Source: Octopus sinensis (Eukaryota). Taken from it: 64,000 nucleotides of DNA. Positions 13,037 to 26,430 of this stretch are shown piece by piece; positions within the stretch are counted from its first letter, which is position 1; every line of letters begins with the position of its first letter. The notes beneath the pieces are model-generated. The model was not told the origin of the DNA, searched no databases, and saw only the letters and a list, made by a program, of their open reading frames with translations. The stretch lies in assembly GCF_006345805.1 (NCBI RefSeq), contig NC_043012.1, positions 49,228,001-49,292,000 of the forward strand, given 5' to 3'. Position numbers and translations under genes: made by a program.

Positions 13037-13641
13037 CAAAAGTTCTAACTTTTTGGGTTACAGCCTCCGCACCTCTTGGCCACATAATACCTATGTCTTT
13101 ACTACCCACAATGGGCTACACACAGAGAGGGCAAACAAAGACAGACAAACGGATTAAGTCGATTACATCGACCCCAGTGCGTAACTGGTACTTAATTTAT
13201 TGACCCCGAAAGAATGAAAGGCAAAGTCGACCTCGGCGGATTTTGAACTCAGAACGTAACAGCAGACGAAATACGGCGACGCATTTCGCCCGGCGTGCTA
13301 ACGTTTCCGCCAGCTCGCCGCTTTAATAATACCCTTATAATGGCCACATAATACCCTCAGCACTCCACCGCTATCTTTATGTGTAAAGAAATATTTTATA
13401 TTTTACTAATTTATATATATTATGAATCATTTGATATTTAATATAATATTATACAATTTGTATATAATACTATAATAATATTATAAGTTCATAGCATCCC
13501 CCAGAGCACTGCCTTCCTCCCAATGCCTCCCTTTTATCTACCACCCACCTCCAAATACACTGCCCCTCTAAGACACCAGCGCCCACCTAGACCCTCTCAA
13601 CGCCCACCGGGGGGCGGCAGCGCTCAATTTGAGAACCTGCG
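13037..13641. mobile_element. hAT-type MITE carrying a nested SINE
   Basis: 8-bp TSD GTTTAGAC at 13029-13036 and 13642-13649; right end TTTGAGAACCTGCG resembles CAGxGGTTCTCAA hAT termini; left TIR degenerate. Confidence 0.65.
13092..13322 (-). mobile_element. SINE family B, full length
   Basis: Head GGCGGCGAGCTGGCGGAAACGTTAG, B-box GAGTTCAAAATCC, body GAGGTCGACTTTGCCTTTCAT..; 14-bp TSD GGCCACATAATACC at 13078-13091 and 13342-13355. Confidence 0.9.
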
Positions 13642-13704
13642 GTTTAGACATTCGTCGCCCCTAAGTTCAATTTTCAACTCCTCTCTGTCTCTATCTATCT
13701 CTCA

Positions 13705-13746
<42 letters not shown>

Positions 13747-14225
13747 TGTGTGTGTGTGTGTGTGTAATTTGTGTTATTTTGCTTAGGCATAGCGACATCA
13801 ATAATTTGGTTATTAAATCTCGATGTACGTATGCTCCTGGGAAGAGCACCAGTTGAACACAGAGCAGTAATAAGGAATGAAGTAAATGACAAAAGAATCA
13901 GATATTATATCGTGAACTCCATTAGATCACAGCTACAAGTGTTTCCATTTTAAAATGCAAGGCACTCGTAATTGAATGCTTGTGCATTAAGTCTAGCTTC
14001 AATGGAGCTTCAAGAATAAAACACGCGCGCACATACACAGATACGCACACACAGAAACGTACGCACACACACACAGTGTTTGAAGTCGTGTACATATTTC
14101 ATATATTATGAAAATGAAGGTAGTCAGGACTTGGATAAAAATAAATACTATTTATTTAGCGCTTTCGTACATTTCTAGGATTCATCATGAATAATTTCTT
14201 ATAGAAAATTCATACCTTATTTAGA

Positions 14226-14505
14226 TTATTTACAATTGACGGATATTTGCCCTCATCTTGTTTGTTGTTAACACAACGTTTCGGCTGATATACCCTCCAG
14301 CCTTCATCAGGTGTCTTGCGGAAATTTCGAACCTGAGTTCTCATTCCTAATGTTCTAAATTTCCCCAAGACACCTGATGAAGGCTGGAGGGTATATCACC
14401 CGAAACATTGTGTTAACAATAAACAAGATGAGGACAAATATCCGTCAATTGTAAATAATGTAAATAATGTACATAATTTCTCATCTCTTAAATATTGAAC
14501 TGTAA
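14226..14505. mobile_element. Inverted pair of Penelope-type terminal repeats, each with a hammerhead-like motif
   Basis: 14226-14340 (-) and 14357-14505 (+) are reverse complements; motifs at 14270-14315 (-) and 14369-14414 (+). Confidence 0.75.
14270..14315 (-). ncRNA. Minimal type-I hammerhead-ribozyme-like motif (palindromic helix III)
   Basis: GACAC / CUGAUGA-A / GGCUG-10nt-CAGCC / GAA / ACGU / U / GUGUU; helices I and II fully paired. Confidence 0.6.
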
Positions 14506-14617
14506 AATTCATACCTTTTATATATATATATGAGTTTGTGAATTTGTTTCCTTGGGTTTTGGATAGAGGGTGTTTTGGGAGTGGCTATTTTAGAAGTTCG
14601 TTGCCATCTTCAATTTA

Positions 14618-14659
<42 letters not shown>

Positions 14660-14997
14660 TGTGTGTGTGTGTGTATGTATGTGCGTGTAAGCTTGTGTGT
14701 GGTGAATTTTTAAACAAACAAAAGAATGAGAAAGAAAAAATAGAGATTTTTTTCTGGGATGTTTGAAACTGATGAGAAGTCATTTTTTCTTTATTTATAG
14801 CAATATATTTCTTTTAGTTAGTGAATGACAAAAGTTTTTTGGTTGTCATGTTACCCACCAGAGATCTTTTCGGGCTGGTTGCCAATTTCGAAAATTCAAA
14901 GTTTATTGAAACTTTTAAAATTTGCTACATTAATGTAGTTTTCCAAACTGAATCTCAGGAGATACTTCACTTTTTCCAGAAAAAAAAAATATATATA

Positions 14998-15420
14998 TAT
15001 AGGCGTAGGAGTGGCTGTGTGGTAAGTAGCTTGCTTACGAACCACATGGTTCCGGGTTCAGTCCTACTGCGTGACACCTTCGGCAAGTGTCTTCTACTAT
15101 AGCCACGGGCCGACCAAAGCCTTGTGAGTGGATTTGGTAGACGGAAACTGAAAGAAGCCCGTCTTATATATGTATATATATATGTATGTGTATGTATATG
15201 TTTGTGTGTCTGTGTTTGTCTCCCCAACATCGCTTGACAACCGATGCTGGTGTGTTTACGTCACTGTAACTTAGCGGTTCGGCAAAAGAAACCGATAGAA
15301 TAAGTACTAGGCTTACAAAGAATAAGTCCTGGGGTCGATTTGCTCGACTAACGGCGGTGCTCCAGCATGGCCACAGTCAAATGACTGAAACAAATAAAAA
15401 AATAAAAGAATAAAAGAATA
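14998..15420 (+). mobile_element. SINE family A, full length
   Basis: AGGCGTAGGAGTGGCTGTGTGGTAAG head through AATAAAAGAATA tail. Confidence 0.9.
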
Positions 15421-16299
15421 TATATATATTACGAAAAGTTATAGAGGTTTGATGATTTGTACTCGGTCAGGAAGCAGGATTTGGAAGCTGTCATTTTGTG
15501 CATGATGTGTTTCAATATGAAACTGTAGCTAAATCAACTTCTGCTTGGCGCACGGCATAAAACCCCTGATAACTTTTTTATTTTATTTTTTGGAATTTAC
15601 AGAAACGTTTTGCGAATTTGTGTCCTCTCGGATATTTATACGATTATGCCAAAGAAAAGAGGGTGTCGTAATTTAAGGCTCATTTGGTTGTTAATTTTTG
15701 CACATCTCTCGACTACAGTACAAGCAGCTGATGGGTGCAAGCAGCAGAACACAACATCGACGCACATGCTTTCGTTTAGAATATATTTGTCAACATATGC
15801 TATCTCACAGACAAAAAAGTTTGGCTTGTCACAATGGAAACAGGCATGTGGCCTACGATTGGCTAAAATTAACTAAAATTTGTAAACTTTAAAAGCTAAT
15901 AACTACTTTTTATTTTACTGATTTATGACGAAAATGAATTTCGTGGCAGTGATTACCATATAAAACTGCAACATTGCACTGATTATGAAATCGATTCGAA
16001 CAGAAACTGAAATTGAAAATTAGCAACCAAACGGAAAAGATACCCAAGTTGTAAAAAATAGAAACGACGGTATTGTTTGGAAAAGTTTTTAAATGCGCGC
16101 GCACGTGTGTATGTTTGTGTGTGTGAGTGCGTGTATATCTGTGTGGGTGTATGTGTGTGTATATGTGCATGTGTCTGCGTGTCTTTTTATTCGTATGCCT
16201 GTCAGGATGAGTGTTTGTTGTTTGCGGTTTAAGTGAATATTTGGAGTTACTTTAGAAACAGTGATGAGAGCGTTATCAGTAATAATATCCTGTGGTAAT

Positions 16300-17345
16300 C
16301 TGGGTTGGTTTTGTCGGAGAAAGTTCAATAATTTCTCATGTTTTTCACATGTTTAATTTTGGTAGATTTTTCTTTTCTAAAATCTAGCTCCATTGCCTTT
16401 TGGGGCTTCTCTTGGGCATTTGTATAAAAAGATTTTGATTCTGCTGTTCGCGCATATTTCCAGATGTTCGCTCCGCGGAATCTGAGTAATTCTTTTTGTA
16501 GGATGTGATGCCTATGGTTTCTTGCACGTTGGCGTAGGGGATTGTTGGTTTTGCTAATATAATTCTGTTTCCAATTGGGGAAGGTTATGCAATTCTGTGT
16601 CTGCATTTATTTGGAATGTGAATTCCCTTTTGAACTTTATATGGGAATTAGTATCCAAATGTTGGAAGGTAGTGTTGTTCCACATCTATTTTCTTCTTCA
16701 CGAAGCAATCCGAATTATCCTCTGATGTGAATTTTACTTTTGTGAGATGCTTTTCAAGATCTTTTATTGATATATGCCATTTCTTAGGAGATTTTGGTCA
16801 ACTATATTTTTCATTTTGAGGCTTTAGAAAAGTATTGGCAGATTTGTTTTAATAGTATGGAATATGTTGGTCACTCTTGGGTTATGTATGTTGATAAATG
16901 AATATGTATCTTTTCAGTTTCTTTTTAGCTATTCTCAGTTGTCTTTAGTTCAAATCCTTTTACAATTTCAATGTTAATTAATTTTAGTGGGTAATTCTGT
17001 TATTTTAAATAACCTATAAGTTCATTAAGTCGAATTTAACATATGTTTGAATCGATCACAATTGCACAGATACGTCTTGCTATACTGTTTTTTGTAATAT
17101 ATATCCGTTTTTTCGTGAATGTCTTAGAACGGTAAGTCATTATGACTGGTTTCTGTTCTGAATTTGATAGACGGTGAAAGGTGTTTAGAATGTTGTTGAA
17201 TATTTGTAGATCATCATTTCTGGAGGAAGCGTTTCCAATTTTCAATGATTTATTTCTTGGAATTGTGTTCAGAAGTATTCTGTACTTTCTCGTTTATTTT
17301 TTCTTCAAAAAGAATCCTATCAACAGTGACTGAGATAAGTAAAAG
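16300..17345 (-). mobile_element. Penelope-like retroelement pseudogene (RT C-terminal half plus GIY-YIG)
   Basis: Minus-strand peptides ENWKRFL.., SPSIKFRTETSHNDLPF*DI..TDIYYK (PLE RT) and CITFPNWKQNYISKTNNPLRQRARNHRHHI (GIY-YIG); many stops and frameshifts. Confidence 0.8.
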
Positions 17346-18070
17346 ATGAAAGATAAAAGATAATAAAAAAATAAATGAAAACCCGTAAAGTTCTCGATAT
17401 AAGGGCAATCCGTACAAAAAATATAGAAACACGAAGGCAGAGCGCAACTGAGATTGTTACGCAATATTTAACGTACTATGCAAAAACGGAAAAGATACAA
17501 AACTTCCAGACAGGTATGCTAGTAACATGAATGAAAAATGAATGAAAAAAAATGAATGAAAAAATAAATACATAAATTACACGACAAACAAATTCCACAA
17601 GGTTCAGGATGGACACACATTATAGTGGGAAAATCGCTTACTAGAAAACTCCTCCAGAAAAAAGGAAATAATACCGAGGAAGGATTGAAAAAGGTTAATT
17701 TGGTTTTAGATGCAGTAGCAGCCCACAGAGCATACCATTTCCATAGTCACATGAAAAATCGAAACATGAAGTGCCCTCCTAATTCAATTCCAACAGATTT
17801 GAAAACATGACTTCGAGACGATCTGACGTAAAACTCAATGGAAGATAACGGTAGCAATAGGTTGTAGACTCAAACACTTAACAAGCTCACACACACACAC
17901 ACACATGTATACGTATATATGAATATACATATATATACAAATATATATATATATATATATATAATACACACACATATATAAATACACATTGATACATATA
18001 TATACACACACATACACCCATATAAAAACATACACATACAGAGACACACATATGTATAGTTCAAATTTAC

Positions 18071-18272
18071 AGAAAACAAAAGACGAAGACATGTGTTGGA
18101 ATAGCAAGCAGGTGTATCAGTTTAACGCTTGGGAAAAATGAAAAAAAATTTTATGTTTCGAGCCTACGCTCTTCGACATAAAGGATTAAGGGAGAAAAAT
18201 GAGGAGAGAATGAAAAAAAAAAAACGGAGAGAAATAAAAAGTGCATAGTTCCACGGTCCAACATGGCGATTG
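18071..18272 (-). mobile_element. Short non-coding repeat, hammerhead-like family 2 (degenerate copy)
   Basis: GTTTCGAGCCTACGCTCTTCGACA; homologous to 41860, 44163, 52110 and 55533. Confidence 0.65.
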
Positions 18273-18325
18273 ACTGGAAAAAAGAGGTTGAATGAAAGGG
18301 AGATGATGATGAAAATAATAATGAT

Positions 18326-18356
<31 letters not shown>

Positions 18357-18545
18357 TAATAATAATAATAACGGTAAAGATAATGGTGACCTCAACAAAT
18401 GAATGTGCGCAAGCGTGTGTGTATATGTAAGCATGGTGTGTGCGAGTGTGTATGTGTGAAGAGAGTGTGTCAGTCTAACTTGTGTGTGTGTGTGTGTGTA
18501 TGTGCAAGTGTTGTGTGTAACAGCTGATAAGTCCTTGTTCAGGTG

Positions 18546-18576
<31 letters not shown>

Positions 18577-18842
18577 GTGTGTGTGTGTGTATACATATAT
18601 ATATGTGTATGTTTGTATACCTATTTGTATATATAAATCTAAATAGGTATAAGGGGACGAGAGTGTGTGTGTGTTTGTGTATGCGCACGTGCGCGTGCCT
18701 GTGTCATGTGCTCACGTACACGAATGTATAATTTTTTTCTATCGGAAATCAAACTATTCGGATTCGAAAATTATAAATTTTGTATTGGTGAAATATATTT
18801 TCATATTATCTCCCGGAAAAGACAAATAATACATACATGCAT

Positions 18843-18874
<32 letters not shown>

Positions 18875-19775
18875 ACACACATACACACTCACACTCACAC
18901 ACACACACACGCACGCACACAGGTATATGTTAATATATATATATATACATATACAAAAATGCGTAAATATATATATTCGTATTTTTGTATGTCTGTATAC
19001 ATATACAGACACACACATAAATGTATGAATACGTATATATTATATATTATATATATGTATATATAGAGAAATCTTTTCCCAAAGTGATGTGTATATTTGC
19101 AAAAATTTCTGATAAAATACTTACATATACGAAAATTAATAAGAACTTATTTCCCTTCAGGGCTAACTGAGAGAGATGAGCAAGCTGGTAAAATTGCATT
19201 AAGCAATCCAAGAGACCTGTCTGTTTACGAAATGATATCATTTCCCGTCGATAAATATGATTTGGTCGTCAAACATTATTCATCATTTTACAAGAATTTC
19301 GTGGTATATTATTCGACTTTGGCAAGTCTCTTGCTGGGTGTTTACACATGGAATTATGACAGACGAAACAACCTGCTGAAGGCATTGGTTTTGGTTCCTT
19401 TCTTATTCTTTCTTTCTTTTTTTTTTTTTTGATGAGTATATTTCTTCAAATTTTTCACACATAGTAATGCATTGCACTGATAGAAGCAGATTTACATACT
19501 TATGTGCGTGTATTAATGTATTACGCGCACAAGCGTATTCACGTTTAGGTATTTACTATGCACGCACACACAAACACACGCACGCACACACACATATTCC
19601 CTACTTCATGCAAATTGGTACATTCACACTCATATATACATGAATACGTAACCTGGTTGGATAAGAATCGTATATGGTCATATACACCCACGTGCATATC
19701 TATCTACCCATGTATTTGTTTTCCTCTATATCTTGCTCTGTTTGTGTGAGAGTGTGTTTATATATTAATATATAT

Positions 19776-19810
<35 letters not shown>

Positions 19811-21133
19811 AATCACATGGTTTTAACATAAGAGTTGGTATTTGTGGAAACGCACGTAGCGATGTATTAAATATTCATAAATTCCATTCTAAGATTATTG
19901 TTATTATTATATTTATCCTACAGTATATCGGTATAACCCAGAACTTACTAGTCGGTATCATTAGACAGTAGCCGGCTGAATGAAATAAGAGTTTTACTTG
20001 CATACCTATAACATTACCATAAACAAATTTAAAAGACATATATATATATATATATATATATATGTATACCCATACACACACATGCACATATATGTATATC
20101 CACTCATATAACACGATCAGGTTGTGTTATATCGACAACATGGGCGGCAATCAAAGTATGACTCCACTAAGATTGCAGAGGGTTTACAGGCTATTCCCGC
20201 TGGAAAGCCTACATTATGCCATGCATTCCAACAGCTTTCAAGTTGGCTATGGTAGCGGCAAATCTTGTTTCGGATGTAGCTATGGATTGAGAGGAGCGCG
20301 GTTTGGAAGTAATAGTTCTAATCTCAGTTAAATGTTGAGGTTGATGAATCATGGCTGTTGAAAGGGTCTGTTGATAAAAACGAAACACACAATCATTTAA
20401 TGAAATAACCCCCCCGGCACACTACTGATAATGTGTTTAAGTTCATCGCAAGATGATGTATATAATATATTTTTGATATACTATAAACCTGAGGTGAGCC
20501 AAAAATAAGCGAAAACGCATTTGATTTTCTATTGTATATTTCCACCCACATTTTTGATATGACCAACCTTCACTCAAGAGCTAGTAAGACTTGGTAACAT
20601 GTATCTCGCAGTTTTGGGTGTTTGTGCAGTTTCAAATAGATATAGACATTCTTTCTTCACTCAGTGAATCATCCAAATAGTGAAAGGGTTGGACCGACAG
20701 CCTGTCGGCACTTTCCCACGTGCTAGATCTCAGCAACATGCAATTAAGTTTTCTGCATTAGGACATATCGTGCCGTCACGACGTCATGACTTTGAGATGA
20801 GGGCCCTAAACACCAATCCACGTGTCATCACATGGATTTTTAAATCATTGATTTTACGATGTTCATACCTCCTAGTATTATCTATAAGTATAATTTTATG
20901 TTGATTTGTGCCTGCAGTTAATATTGGAGATAGTCGTTAGATAAGAAGGGGGTCATTGGTAGCTGAATTACTAAGGTTTTGGAAAATTGTGCCTTGAGTG
21001 CTCTCTTTAGATCAAAATTATGTCGTCAGGAGGCTATACTGAGCCATTATTGATACAATAAGGTGACAAGGTGTGGTGCGAAAGAGGTAGGTACGTACAT
21101 ATATGTATGTATATATGCATGTTTTATTTATTT

Positions 21134-21181
<48 letters not shown>

Positions 21182-21251
21182 TATGTATATTACATGTATA
21201 TATTATATATATATAGATACACACATAATATAGACATATATAATATACATC

Positions 21252-21282
<31 letters not shown>

Positions 21283-21811
21283 GCACGCACCCCCCACACA
21301 CATATGTATACAAAAAGATAATCAGTTACTGCAGAACAAGCGAACCACAGATTTTTACTACTTAGATGTGAAAATGAGATTGCAAAAGCCTAAAAATGGT
21401 AGCTTAACGAATTTAGGAACGTTTCTGTTCCTAAATTATTTCTTATTTCATAAGATAATGTGAAAAGTCCTTAATAAAAAAGATCAAACGAAAACATATT
21501 GGTTTTAATATTTTAATATAGTAATATATTTATATGCGCATACACTGACAGACACACACATATATGTGTATATATAAGCATACACATACATATATCAATA
21601 ACATAAATATGTCTATTATATAGTAACCACATACCTACTTATTCATGTGTGTAAGCGTGTGTGTGTGTGCGTGTGTGTGTGTGTGTTTGTGTGTGTGTGT
21701 ATGCGCGCTTGTGCTTTTACCATATTTTTCTCCAAGTTTTATAGTCAAACACACGAAAAATTAACACTGATTGGTATATTTGGATCACTTATGCAGAGGG
21801 TATGGAATAAT

Positions 21812-22024
21812 ACTTTCTATTAAAGGCAAAAGGCCGGAATCTTTTAGGAAGGGTCTAGTCGATTACATCGACCCCAGTGCGTAACTGGTACTTATTTCAT
21901 CGATCCCGAAAAGATGAAAGGAAAAGTCGACCTCAGTGGAATTTGAACTCGGAACGTAGTGGCAGATAAAATACTGCTAATCATTTCGCACGGCGTACTG
22001 ACGATTCTGCGATCTCACCGCCTT
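21812..22024 (-). mobile_element. SINE family B
   Basis: Family-B body and head; 16-bp TSD GAGGGTATGG(A/C)ATAAT at 21796-21811 and 22025-22040. Confidence 0.85.
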
Positions 22025-23353
22025 GAGGGTATGGCATAATTAAAACTCATTGCACGCTCTTCTCATGGGAGCTACTTCTTGGTTCTTTGATATGTTAGAA
22101 ATAGCAACTAGATCTTTCAAAACTTATAAAACAGCGCTAAACAATATTTTCTGCTGTTTACCATGATTTTGACCATAATAAAGCCAACTGACTTCACTTG
22201 GCATCTATAAATATCATCGTAAATTGTTTCTAATTCATAATTTTCCTTTCTTTCAATTAGTCTTAATCAACTGTCGCTGCTGAATTGGTTTTACCCGTCG
22301 AAACATATATCTGCCGCAAGATATGAAACGTAATTCAGTGTTTGGGCCTTATGAGAACAGGAAAACATTTTCAGTAGTTAAGCGATATTAGAAACAAGGT
22401 TTCACCCTACATAAATACACAGATTAATTTCGTTATGCCACAAAAGAACTTTCTCAGGTACTTACACCAAGAGTTCATTTTTAAATCGATTGCATATTCT
22501 TCTTACATTTTTTAGAACTATAATTACAATAGTAAATTGAAAATTTATTTTTTAAAGTTTAAGGTATTGTTTGATTTCTGTTTGTAATTGAATTTGCACT
22601 TCGTTTAACTTAGAGCAAGCTTCGTAATTTTCCGGTTCCACTGCAGATAGTCATGGAGCATAAACGTGGCATCTATAAATATGTCGTAACAGTTTGTTTT
22701 CAATTCATTCATTGCGTTTAATCTGATGAAACTTCGATCTAATTTTTATTATAGATATTGATTTATCTCATTTTGACGGTAGTTCAGAACATAATTCCTA
22801 CGGTAGTTTTGGACTTAAATAAAAAAGGAAAGTATTTTGAACGATTAAACGATGTGACTGAAGGGCTTTCATCATTCCCTCCACATTTATACACAACACA
22901 CACACACACATACACACACACACAGCTGAAATCATGATACTGCTCGTATCTTTCTAAATACGGCCTTCCCATAATCCATACGAATTCAATGCAATTTGAT
23001 AGGAATAATAAACTTTGAAGCTTGTACTGAACGGACAGTGTTGCGCCGGTCGGGTTCTGAATTCAAATCTCGCCATGGTCTATTTGAGGGATAAAGACTC
23101 CAAATGCTCCAGGTGGTAGGATTAAACGCCACCATCAAGAACATTTCGCAGAGTCCTCTCAAATGCAAACACTCAAGTCGCATGGTCCTTTTCCAGAGCA
23201 GTACCCCTAACATTAGAAACTACCACGTGGCTTTTTAAAGGTTCGCAGGTAGTGCTTTTCTTTCCTGGCTCGGTAATAACAATAATCGCTTCACAAACAT
23301 TGCTTCTCTTCAAAGTTATTTCATTAATCCCGTGGCTGGTCAAGTTTCATAAT

Positions 23354-24030
23354 AGGCGCTGGAGTGGCTGTGTGGAAAGAAGCTTGCTTCCCAACCACAT
23401 GGTTCCGGGTTCAGTCCAACTGCATGGCACCTTGCGCAAGTGTCTTCTACTTCAGCTTCGGGCCGATGAAAGCCTTGTGGGTGGATTTGATAGATTTGAT
23501 ATTTATGTGAAGGCGCATGGTTTAGTGGTTAGGTTGTTGCACTCACGATTGCGAGATCGTGGGTTCGATTCTCAGACCGGGCGTTGTATCCTTGAGCAAA
23601 GCACTTCATTTCATGTTCCTCTGCGATCATTTCGACATCTGACATGTGGCACCCGTTACACTTTTACATGTAACGTCGATTTGATGGAGAGAGTGACCTT
23701 ATGTGTACACAAATATTTGATCACTATAAACAAATCATCTGTGTGATTGTTCGGTAAGAAATTGTCCAATGACGGGTGAGTCCATCACATATATATATTT
23801 ACGTGTGTGTGTTTGTGTCTCTGTTTGTGTCCCCACCCAACCATCGCTTGAAAACTGATGTGGGTGTTTCATGTCCCCGTAAATAAGCGGTTCGACAAAA
23901 GACACCGATAGAATAAGTACTAGGCTTACAAAGAATAAGTTCTAGGGTCGATTTCTTCGACTAAAACCCCTTAAGTCAGCGCTCCAGAATGGCTGAGGTT
24001 ACATGATTGAAGAATGTAAAAGAATAAATA
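23354..24030 (+). mobile_element. SINE family A interrupted by a family-C SINE
   Basis: 5' half 23354-23493 and 3' half ~23803-24030. Confidence 0.8.
23507..23786 (+). mobile_element. tRNA-derived SINE family C (CORE-like)
   Basis: A-box TGGTTTAGTGGTTAGG, B-box GGTTCGATTCT, then TTGTATCCTTGAGCAAAGCACTT. Confidence 0.75.
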
Positions 24031-24508
24031 TAGTCTTTCACCTTCCGAAGTCTCAGGAAACACCAGCACAACTTGGTAATCCCCAGTAAATCCTAGGAAA
24101 CTGTAAGAACTCCGTGAAAAATGTGGCAACCCTCAGAATACGCGCATTGATAATATAGAAAACACTACAACATCTATTTTAAAATATAAACATAAAATAT
24201 AACAGTTACAGCATTCAAAAAATAACAGAAACAACTCGAACAACAAAAACAAGAATATTAACTACACTACTAAACTAACTGGAACAACAAAAGATGAAGT
24301 AAAAAGAACACGAACAATAACAATATTAACAACAACAAGAGCAAAAAAAGACTAACAACAAAAACAGTTACAACAATAAGACGTAATATAAAGGGTAGTT
24401 GTAAGTTTTATATAGATGTTGTGGCAATTTCCTTTAATTAACCAAAGTTGATAAAAACAAAAACGGAACAATATAAAAAGAAACATTTATAGAAAGACAA
24501 AATAAAGC

Positions 24509-24542
<34 letters not shown>

Positions 24543-24937
24543 GCAGCAAAAACAAATGAAACACAAAGATGAAATACATAAATGTTGCATCAGGAGAGGA
24601 AGTAAAAATACCATAAATAACCGAATATTGTGAGAATATAGAAAAATAACAACAGCGACAATAACAATAATAAGAAGAACAAGAATGAAAATATTAAAAC
24701 GGAAATTAAAACAACAATGCTTCATGTTTTATAAAGGAAAATAATAAGAAAAGCAGAATAAAATATAAAACTGCAATGTTACATTAACACTATAGTAAGT
24801 AAGTAAATAAAATATAAAATATATGAATATAGAAGCAGTATTGCGCATTTGGAACGGTGCAATTGATTTATATTATAGTGTCTATGCAAAGTGTAAAGTT
24901 CCGTATACGCACAGATATATATATATATGTATATAAT

Positions 24938-24976
<39 letters not shown>

Positions 24977-25277
24977 GGAACAACAAAAGATGAAGTATAT
25001 ATATATGTATGTATATATATATATATGTGTGTGTATATATATATATATACATATACACACTTCTTATATTCAGATATAGTTACAAATAGATAACTTATAA
25101 TATATGCACATACATGCATGCAATATGTATACATAGGTACACACACATAGATATATATATATATATACAAGCATACATATATATACGTACTCACATACAC
25201 ATATACAAATGTAAGAGTGTGTACGTGCGTATATATATATATATATATATATATATCTATATATATATATATTATAT

Positions 25278-25309
<32 letters not shown>

Positions 25310-25524
25310 ATATATATATAGCATACATATATATAATATATATATATATACTTAAATAATAATAATATATATACATATATATAACTAAGCATATATATAT
25401 ATATATATTTATATTATTTTATATATATATATATGTATATGTGTGTAAATGTGCACGTGAGTATATATGTATATATAGACGAATATGTAAATAACTATAT
25501 ATACGTAGAAATATGTATGTATAT

Positions 25525-25601
<77 letters not shown>

Positions 25602-25919
25602 AACATACACAATACACACATACGTATATATACATGTAAACAATCTGTCTCTGCATCTGAACATGGAGGCATGTATGCATTATGTATGTATGTATGTATG
25701 TATCTATATATGCATTGTGTATGTATGTTTGTACTTATGTGTGTATGCGGATGAAATATGCAACGGAGTTGCTCTACCCTACGTAGGAACTGCAAGAGCA
25801 ATTTCTCAGTTGCCAGGACAACCAATGTCCATAGCACTTCTATATTACCAGCAGTTATCTTAGGGTCATAAACATTTCGCCTATTAGCCTGTACAACTCA
25901 CCTGAGTGGCTAGCTTGCA

Positions 25920-26200
25920 TCGAATAAGACTTCACCTGCATAAGATTTCCAGTTGTGTTCCCTTGTGTCCCAGAGTCGCCTTGAGCATTTATAAGCTGCT
26001 AGCCTCTATCTCTTTCATGGCTTTCTTCAATTACTTGCTGTCGAAACCAATCTTCTGCAGGAAATAGCGCACCGAAATTGCTGGAAGGTCTTTGCAGCCG
26101 ACTTCTATCACAAATGATACCACGTTACATTCTTTGACAAACTCCCCATCGACAAAGTCCTAGTACCTGTTTTTCTTCAGCTGATGAAAAATATTAAGTC
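25920..26200 (-). mobile_element. HERO-like (RLE-type) non-LTR retrotransposon C-terminal remnant
   Basis: Minus strand HQLKKNRY*DFVDGEFVKECNVVSFVIEVGCKDLPAISVRYFLQKIGFDSK*LKKAMKEI, matching the KxxKY..PVEVGCRGF restriction-like endonuclease end. Confidence 0.7.
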
Positions 26201-26264
26201 TTTTGAGTTTATTTACGAATAGTATTTTTCTGTGCCTGAGAAGCAGGAACATGAATGTATGTAT

Positions 26265-26430
<166 letters not shown>

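Noticed and set aside
19161-19400. Exon after TTCCCTTCAG encoding GLTERDEQAGKIALSNPRDL..
   Set aside because: Good acceptor, but no clear donor or recognisable homology, and the distal part resembles decayed SINE-B (GACAGACGAAAC).
25240-25430. Recurrent TT/AA phase flips in the middle of (TA)n and (TTA)n tracts across the window
   Set aside because: Could be slippage, sequencing/consensus error or collapsed gaps; cannot be interpreted biologically without reads.
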